DNA of 44,460 nucleotides from Toensbergia leucococca (Eukaryota): NCBI GenBank assembly GCA_022813965.1, contig JALDZS010000190.1, positions 1 to 44,460 of the forward strand, read 5' to 3'. Shown piece by piece: positions 36,834 to 44,460 of this stretch (position 1 is its first letter; each line of letters starts with the position of its first letter). The notes under the pieces were generated by a model. It saw only the letters and a program-made list of their open reading frames with translations, ran no database searches and was not told where the DNA came from. The position numbers and the translations under genes were made by a program.

Positions 36834-39800
36834 ATGCCATCCCATTCCCATTCCCAGTCCCAATCCCCGGCGGCTCGACATTCTCAAGCATACTCCACCC
36901 CAGGCACCTTTCCATCTGACCCTGGAGATTCTGCCCTGCACACCATCATCTCCTCCCAACTCTCCCTGTCACAAGCTGTGCATAAGCGGAAAGCCGAATA
37001 CACAAGGTCGCACACGACTCGGGTCAAGGTCGGCACTTGGAACGTCGCTTCGCAGAGTGGGACAGAGAAGGATATTGGTGGATGGTTTGTTGACGGCAAG
37101 GGCGTGTCTGAGGCCTTGTCAGGATTGACGGTTAGTGAAGAGGATGATCCAAGCATCGATAGCAATGGGCAACAAATACAGGTCGGAGAAATTGAGGACG
37201 TGGCAGCCCAGGAAAGACGGAGATCAAAGAAGCGCTCGACGATACCACACAACGACCCTGGATCCTTACCTGGTGGAGACCACATTGGTATCTACGTTTT
37301 AGGCTTACAAGAGATTGTCGATGTCAATTCACCCACCGAAGCCCTTCGACCTTATAGTGACCCCCATCCTGCCAGGAAATGGAAAAGAGCCGTGGCAGAA
37401 GCATTACCGCCAGGCTACACCCGAGTCGCAGAGCAGCAATTAATCGGTCTCCTTCTGCTTGTCTACGCTTCCCCCTTGATAGCGCCTACGATATCTTCGG
37501 TGAGCACTACGAGCGTTGGGACAGGTCTGATGGGCTATATGGGCAACAAAGGTGCTGTGACAGCCCGTATTGTACTTGGCGAGACTACGCGTTTAGTCTT
37601 TGTCAACTGCCATATGGCTGCGGGATCAGAAAAAGGCTCTGTAGAGCGTAGGAATTGGGATGCTTCGCAGGTTTTGAGTCGGACTAAGTTCGAGCCTGTC
37701 GATGATGGAGGTGGGGTTGTTGAGGAATTTGGTGAAGGCATTGGTGACGAGGACTTTGCTTTCTGGTTTGGAGATCTCAATTACAGACTAGATGATCTTC
37801 CTGCCGAAGACGTTCGACGGCTACTTATGTTACATACACGGAATGAGTATGATACCACCCAAGCTTCCACGGGAAAGATCGATGCCGAATTATCTGGCCC
37901 GACGGCCTCAATGGCAGATCAAGCTAGCTCTAGAAAAAGGTCTTCGGACAATGAGTCGTCATTATCTTCAGATACTGCAGTCAACAGGTCCCGTGGCTAT
38001 TCTACCTGTTCTTCTACTACGTTGCCAGTGAAAGATATGTTGGACCCGTCCTCTGATCCTGCTTCACTTCAAACAACTCTATCTTCTATACTACCCCATG
38101 ATCAATTACACGCTCAGATGCGCAAGCGCAAAGCCTTCTATGACGGGTGGCGAGAAGGACCGATAGATTTCTTGCCTACCTACAAGTACGATGTCGGAAG
38201 CGTTGGAATGTTTGATTCTAGTGAAAAGAGAAGAGGTCCTAGTTGGTGTGATAGAATACTTTATCGTACACGGCGGGACAAGATGGAGTACGAAAAAAAG
38301 GTCCAAGACGAAGAAGATGCTCGGATGCGCGACGATGAGATGAAAGCACGAGGAATTGACAAAACTGATGAGGATGTGCTTTTTGACTATGATCCCGAGA
38401 CTGATGGTGCAGATGATGAGTATGATGAGAACACTGCGGAAACAACAGACCCTGAAGTTGTGGTTACAAAGGCGGGTTACGAAGATCAACTCCAGCTTGA
38501 TTATTACACGTCACATCAGCGAGTCCTGTCCTCGGACCACAAACCTTTGGATGCAGTCTTCACCTTGACATACGATGCGGTAGATCTTGAGATGAAGGCC
38601 AAAGTGCATCAAGAAGTCGCTCGTGAGCTTGACAAGGCCGAAAACGAGGGTCGTCCAGCGGTCACGGTAGTGATTGATCGTCACCATGATCAAGACTCAC
38701 CTGCTCCTCCCGAATCAACCTCTCCAAATTTCGAAGGCGTTTCTTTCGGCGCTGTCAGATACGACCAATCCAAAATCAGAAGCGTCACCATTGCGAATAC
38801 TGGTCGAGTCCCTGCTACCGTTGGATTTGTAGATAGGCCCGTCGATCAGGGACAGATAGCTGGATTTTCTCCGTCGTGGCTGAGTATTAATTTCGATCGG
38901 CCGAGTGACAATGAGAATTCTAATCCTGGCGCCCTTCAAATCTACACCATTGAGCCTGGAGATGCTGTCAATGTCCAATTCACCCTTCGCATCACCGATA
39001 TGTCTCAGGTGCAGCGCTTGAATGATGGCTTCGAAGGAATAGAAGACGTTCTTGTCCTGCGGATCGAAAACGGTCGCGATCACTTCATTCCTATACGAGG
39101 CGCGTGGATGCAGTCTGCGTTTGGGCGATCTCTAGACAAGCTGATTCGGATTCCGGAAGGAGGGGTGCGAAGGCTGCAGCATCAGCGTCCAGATGGAAGC
39201 GGCGAACAACCGGTAAAGTGGTCGGCTCCAAGAGAGCTTTTCCGACTGACGGAATCGATAGAAGAACTCGTGGAGAGATCGCTTGCGGAATGGAGTATGA
39301 GAGATGAGAGCGGTAATCCGCCTTGGGATGACGTTGGTTGGCCGTTTGCAGGAACTTTGTTGCCTGAGGAGACGAAAGAAATGGAAGCATTGGAGCAATG
39401 TGTCCAAGAATCATTGGATACCGATCAAGGGTTCTCGAATTTATTTCCCCTAGAATCAGACTCTTTGCAGAGGCTTAAAGCAATGACAAAGACGTTGTTG
39501 ACTTTCCTGCAGAGCCTCGAAGATGGAATCGTGACGGAAGCCATGTGGGCGGTATTAGAGAAGGAGATGCTTGCAAGAGAAAAGGAAAAGCGGTTCCTCT
39601 CGGGAGAAGAAGAGCGGGTGTGGGTACTGGACGTCCTGTCCTCAGCTCCTGCTCATAGCGTATCCTTTACTTTTCTCACCTTTATGCTCGCTAGAGTCGC
39701 TAACGCCGTCGCTCCTGTACAAACAACGCCTATGGAGCTGAGAACTTCATTGGAAGCAGTAAGCGGTAGAGCGAGAGCCCAAAGTCAAGACCCTGTCAGA

Positions 39801-39965
39801 GCGAGACGCCAGCTGATAGATGAAGCTTTTGCAAATGTGTTTGCGAACGTTATGATTCGAACGCCTGCTACTGTGAAGGAGAAAGAGAGGAAGACCATTG
39901 AGCAGAGGAAAAGAAACATTTTGCTTGTATTTCTGAGGGCGAAATGGGAGGAAGATATGGGATGA
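36834..39965 (+). CDS. OCRL/INPP5B-like inositol polyphosphate 5-phosphatase (IPPc + ASH + RhoGAP-like C-terminus)
   Basis: 1043 aa; VGTWNV, VLGLQEI, GYMGNKG, FVNCHM, FWFGDLNYR, FLPTYKYD, PSWCDRILY, SSDHKP; ASH-like IANTGRVPA...VLRIENGRDHFI. Confidence 0.95.
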   Translation: MPSHSHSQSQSPAARHSQAYSTPGTFPSDPGDSALHTIISSQLSLSQAVHKRKAEYTRSHTTRVKVGTWNVASQSGTEKDIGGWFVDGKGVSEALSGLTVSEEDDPSIDSNGQQIQVGEIEDVAAQERRRSKKRSTIPHNDPGSLPGGDHIGIYVLGLQEIVDVNSPTEALRPYSDPHPARKWKRAVAEALPPGYTRVAEQQLIGLLLLVYASPLIAPTISSVSTTSVGTGLMGYMGNKGAVTARIVLGETTRLVFVNCHMAAGSEKGSVERRNWDASQVLSRTKFEPVDDGGGVVEEFGEGIGDEDFAFWFGDLNYRLDDLPAEDVRRLLMLHTRNEYDTTQASTGKIDAELSGPTASMADQASSRKRSSDNESSLSSDTAVNRSRGYSTCSSTTLPVKDMLDPSSDPASLQTTLSSILPHDQLHAQMRKRKAFYDGWREGPIDFLPTYKYDVGSVGMFDSSEKRRGPSWCDRILYRTRRDKMEYEKKVQDEEDARMRDDEMKARGIDKTDEDVLFDYDPETDGADDEYDENTAETTDPEVVVTKAGYEDQLQLDYYTSHQRVLSSDHKPLDAVFTLTYDAVDLEMKAKVHQEVARELDKAENEGRPAVTVVIDRHHDQDSPAPPESTSPNFEGVSFGAVRYDQSKIRSVTIANTGRVPATVGFVDRPVDQGQIAGFSPSWLSINFDRPSDNENSNPGALQIYTIEPGDAVNVQFTLRITDMSQVQRLNDGFEGIEDVLVLRIENGRDHFIPIRGAWMQSAFGRSLDKLIRIPEGGVRRLQHQRPDGSGEQPVKWSAPRELFRLTESIEELVERSLAEWSMRDESGNPPWDDVGWPFAGTLLPEETKEMEALEQCVQESLDTDQGFSNLFPLESDSLQRLKAMTKTLLTFLQSLEDGIVTEAMWAVLEKEMLAREKEKRFLSGEEERVWVLDVLSSAPAHSVSFTFLTFMLARVANAVAPVQTTPMELRTSLEAVSGRARAQSQDPVRARRQLIDEAFANVFANVMIRTPATVKEKERKTIEQRKRNILLVFLRAKWEEDMG

Positions 39966-40639
39966 TGAGGTTGGGGCCATGGCGAGATATCCTAGGTGCA
40001 GCGTTCGAGCCGGAGTTGAGGGTGATTGACAAGATAGGATTTCAAGTTCTTGGGCCTTGATGTCGCGCAGCTAGAAAATGGGAAAGCGAGCGATGGTGGA
40101 GCTGACTTTGTATGTTTGAGAGCAATCCTTCTGAAAATGGATACTCAATGCCCAGATTCACGGCTCTCACCCATTCATTGCCAGTCTCAATGCACCGATG
40201 AATCAGTCTCTGTCTCTCTTCTTCATCCCGTGTGATATGTATGAATCCTTCTCATCCGCAATCTTTCCATCTCTTTTACATCCCGTCTCCTTCGTCAAGA
40301 CATCTCTCTATTCCGCCACCTCGATGCTTCTTTGACTTACTCTCTTTATATATATACCTCCATTCCCATCTCACGTACACGTGCCTTCGTATAATTCACG
40401 TCTCAAGAGAGACTATTGATAGTCTATACTTGGTAATCAACTGCTCCTCTTCAGGCATTCCGAAGTATACTCTCATGAGAAACATGTCTCCGCACAACCG
40501 ACTAGGATCTCCACACCCTGAACAGGATGCTGAAACATTTACGTCTTGCTCCTTTATTCTAATTGGAAATCTGGGCTTCCAAAAAAAGCATTCTAGCCTC
40601 ATCTCACCCATCAAAAGTCCACATTTGACTAATGTACAG

Positions 40640-40860
40640 GTGTGTTCCCCCACCGTGGAGTTATTCAAATTTTCACATTTGTGTTACATCCACCTGTGTC
40701 GCAGGCCGCAACACCTGGCTGTGGAGGCTCATTATGAGAATGTGGTACAACATTCGTGGCAAGAGTACTTCATTATTTGATTCCGGATTTTATAAGTGTG
40801 GATTCAATGCCAGCACGGGAAAGGGTCAGCGAAGCGGTATTGCATCTCGCCAGAGAGGCA
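40640..40860 (+). pseudogene. His-Me finger (I-PpoI-like zinc-binding loop) endonuclease relic
   Basis: SHLCYIHLCRRPQHLAVEAHYENVVQHSWQ...CQH......YCI resembles SHLCHxxxCxxPxHLxxExxxxNxxRxxC...CxH...C; two in-frame stops; branch/acceptor (CTAAT..CAG) at ~40629-40639. Confidence 0.6.
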
Positions 40861-41959
40861 AGCTAAAGAAGAAGGCGAGCATGAAGGCCCCTCAGTAATG
40901 ATCACAGGACTAGGGATCCTGCATTGTGTTTCGGAGACGGTTTTCCAGTATTTGACGATCCCAGCCATCGCAACTACTTTTTGTCTTTTACGTTTGCTTT
41001 GATCGACGAGGTCTCCGAGCCATTAGCTTTTGATAACCAAGACTGGAAGGTGGCTATGAATGATTGTAAGTATCAACAGCGCTTCAGGTGAGATTCAAGA
41101 AACTGACACGGACTTGAATTAGGATGATCATATGGAAAACAAGATGAATGTGAAGAATGAGCTCTTTGACTGAAAACCCGGCATTGAAAGAATTTCGGTT
41201 TCCCAGCACGGTCCCTACTCGCCTTCCAAATGGCATAGAAACCCTGTGAAGGTCTCAAAGAAGTCTCATTCCAAAGAGAAAAAGAACAAAGGCAAGCACG
41301 TGCTCGGTCCGTCAAACTCTGGTAGAAACGACAGAGCAAGGAGTCTGTGAGCCCTCGGAAACATCTCAAGAAGAAACCTTTTCGGGACATGAAGCCGTTG
41401 TTAGCTCCTAATAAGTCCAATGTTAAACCGCTAAATGGATTGGTCTTTCGCGAAAGGAAGATCCCAAGGATTGCAACAAGGACAAGTGAGATGTCAGGAG
41501 GAGATTGCTATATATACCCTTGCGCCACTCACCGTTTACTCCAAGTGCGGAGTGGCTTCTTGAAGCTGACCCGGTACCTCTTCAAGCTGGCCTTGGTTGA
41601 CTTGTTCCCCTCGCTACAAACTCACCAATCAGTTGAGGCAATGGTGCATTGACACGGCAAATGCAGGTTAGGCAAGAATAGGAGCCTAAGCTTATTGTGA
41701 AAGACTTTGCGAGCTTGTTACTGGATACCCAAAATTCCCATCTCCAAGAATTGCGGTTCCCGCATCACCTATTTTGTAGCGGTCAGTAATCATTTTATCC
41801 GAAGCACATGCTAATTTCTCTACGATAAAATATACGAAGCCATTCACAAGTCTTTACTTCTGGGTGCGATGAAGACAGCGCTGGATAATGAGATTTCTTG
41901 GAAAATGCGCTTCACTTCATCAACTACCAAGGTCACAATACTTATGGCCTGAAGGGTGC

Positions 41960-43373
41960 ATGAAACCTGGTCTTATAGTCATCGCGGTCGTTCTTGTGAT
42001 CCTTAATATCCTCCTGGGCTATGTCCCTGTGTTTGTCTTGGTTCCTCAAATTCCATCCTTTCTCCATACCGCCCAAGGCTTACTTGGTTTGAGTCGCCTC
42101 ACGACCCCTATCTTCGACGTTCTTGCCTGTCCATGTTAAAAAAAAAGAGTAGTGCTGAACACACTGACAAGTAATAATCCTCCTCGTTTTTCGCATTGTG
42201 TAAGTACACTTTAGTCCTTCACAGGTGGTGAGATGACTGAGCTCTGACTATGAGCCACTGATAAGATCTATAAAAACACGCTGAAAGCTGAGAATAGTAG
42301 GAACTGTCTGTACTCGGACGTCTCAGAAAATGGAGCAGACCTTACCGTCACTCAGTTTCGTAATCCAGACAAGACTTACTCGCCGAATCATTTAAACACC
42401 AACAAAACCTATTCTATAAGACTCGTTCAATGGGAATAGGACTCAGAAATTCTATCCCACATATATGAAGGAACTCTACGCAGCAGTAAAGTTCACGACC
42501 AAGTACAGCTACATGTGCAAGCACCCATATAGCACAAGTGAAGAGCCTTGGAAAACGACTGGAGAGCAAATCGGAACAAGCCAATACGATGGGTGCCAAG
42601 TTCAAGGAGGCAGAAGCGAGCCTGAAAAGCCACGTTTCAAGAGACCCAATTCGAACAAGCCATTTCCCGGCACAATCTTCCCCAGGAGTAGCCACTGCAG
42701 CCTCAAGCTGAATTCAAAGAATGGGCTGAACAACGGCCAACGCCGCGAATATCACCATCACTGCCACGGAGGCAGGCTCAAAACAGAAAAAAGATGCTGA
42801 GCTCATCACATACCTAACTGACAGTGATCGGAGTCTCAGTCTCGAGTCTCATGATGATGTGATCATGTTCACTCAGATAGAGTTCACTGTGAAGATGAAG
42901 CGTTTGAGTGTTGCTGATACTAGTGACTATGAAAAATTGAAGGATGACGGTCCTCTGTCAATGAAAAATGCGTCAACGTATGAAGCTCAACTCACCCTAT
43001 ATGAACAGTTTGAAGAGCACTTATGAATTCCTTCAAGAGTATTGACATTGACTTCAATAAATTTACACATAAGAACCCCTACCGGCGCTCTTCAAGAGTG
43101 ATCAGATCTACCTCTACGCATTTCTCAGAAATTATGTCAAGATTCTGTGACCCTCAGTCAGCATTATCACCATCATTACCATCATTAAATGACTTCCACA
43201 TTCAGTGCTACGCAACACCTGAGAAAGCTTCGAGATTCGAAGCACATGAGTATGAACATCACTACAAACCATACTTTATCCCCATCCACTTACTAGCATT
43301 CACTTCACATGGGTTTGCTCCTGGCCATTGTCACTCAATCACCGATAGAAGATCCTATTTTTCTTCCGTGTAA
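41960..43373 (+). pseudogene. Degraded gene(s) of unknown function
   Basis: A hydrophobic N-terminal segment, an intron-like GTAAGT at ~42200 and several protein-like frames broken by stops. Confidence 0.3.
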
Positions 43374-43789
43374 GCTCTAAATTTGCACGTAGGTCAGAGA
43401 AATGTACTAAAGCAAAAGGACGAGCGGCGACTACGCCGTCTCTCGCTTCAGCCAGCGCCAAAGCTTCAAGAACTTAGGCAAAAGATCGGGGGAGGACGGA
43501 ACGCATTTCCTCTTCCTCTAGGCCGGCCCTTCTTGCCACCTGCCTAATATTGGCCAATTTCTAGTCGAAACGACTCATCACACACTCTCAGATGTATGAG
43601 AAGGTTAATCAATCTCGATCTCAACCAGCCACGATACTTGGGAAATGCTTTGGCGTGCACGGACGGGATTCCCTCTTACCAGTTATAAAGAGAGCTAGCA
43701 TTTCTTAGGGCGACTTCCAAAGAGAAAGGTCGCAGGAAGTAGCCAGTCAGCTCCTTTTAAGGTCTCCAATACCCTCAAATCTGCAACGC

Positions 43790-44420
43790 TAGAAGCTGAA
43801 TGTCAGCTCAAGAGATCGGCGTATGTTTACATGCAAAGCAATCCTGGCCCCGATGTAGCGCCAAAGAACCGTCGTATTCATGCTGACGACTGCGCTCGAA
43901 TTTTGAGCGTAGCACACCTTTGGGGAAATCCTTCTTCTGAAGTATATATCGTGGAGGGGAGTGGGCATGTAGGCCTGTGAAAGCGAGGCTCGCGGGATCG
44001 GTAGGAAGTGGCAAACAACCATGTCTTCCAATACCGTGAGTGGATCCCGTCTGGATGACTTCTTCCGAGGCTAATCTATAGATGATAGCCCGAAGAGCCA
44101 GCTACTGAGATATTACGCCCACCCGTAGCATGGAAAACAAGAGTCCCATGAACCAAAATCGAGTCAAGAAAGACAAGAACAGCGCACCCAGCCGCTACGT
44201 TTCTAATACCATAGAACTGGTCGTGATGATTTCTAGCATGAAGAGCTTGAGAAATATTCTGATATCCATGACAGAAACAAGAGCGATAAGAACAAGTCCG
44301 GCAAAAATAACAAGCGGGAATTTTATCTGATTTAAAGCTATCACTACCTTGTGCTTGACCACGCTGACGCCTGACGGCTTCAACAACACAATCATTATCG
44401 TCAGTACCTAAAGTCAAAGC
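43790..44420 (-). pseudogene. Degraded membrane-protein gene fragment, possibly continuing beyond the window
   Basis: Hydrophobic frame (IKFPLVIFAGLVLIALVSV...LFLSFLTRFWFMGLLFSML) interrupted by isolated stops. Confidence 0.3.
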
Positions 44421-44460
44421 CTATGACATGCATCTGAAATTGAGCACTGAGCGCTGCAAA

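Overview
This window is the left end of a filamentous ascomycete (Pezizomycotina) chromosome. Evidence: a (CCCTAA)n telomere, GT-AG introns with CTRAY branch points, and RIP-like C>T/G>A decay. There are four zones. (1) 1-2.3 kb: telomere, a short AT-rich spacer and a RIP-degraded Tc1/mariner transposon whose transposase is interrupted by a solo LTR. (2) 2.6-27.4 kb: accessory subtelomeric zone with a Pth11-like membrane receptor, a decayed P450 plus TRI7/MBOAT acyltransferase pair, a MITE, an 84-bp hairpin, a foldback element, two Ser/Thr-rich surface proteins, a small secreted protein with an aerolysin/ETX-like pattern, a FOLD(SIX6)-like Kex2-processed secreted protein, and a ~1070-aa protein with two tandem BIRC6/UBE2Z-like E2 domains. 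(3) 27.9-40.0 kb: intact conserved block of catalase-peroxidase katG, a coiled-coil protein, a T5orf172/MUG113 protein, DCP1 and an OCRL-like inositol 5-phosphatase. (4) 40-44.5 kb: degraded genes, including a His-Me finger endonuclease relic. All calls come from manual reading and motif recall; no searches were run.
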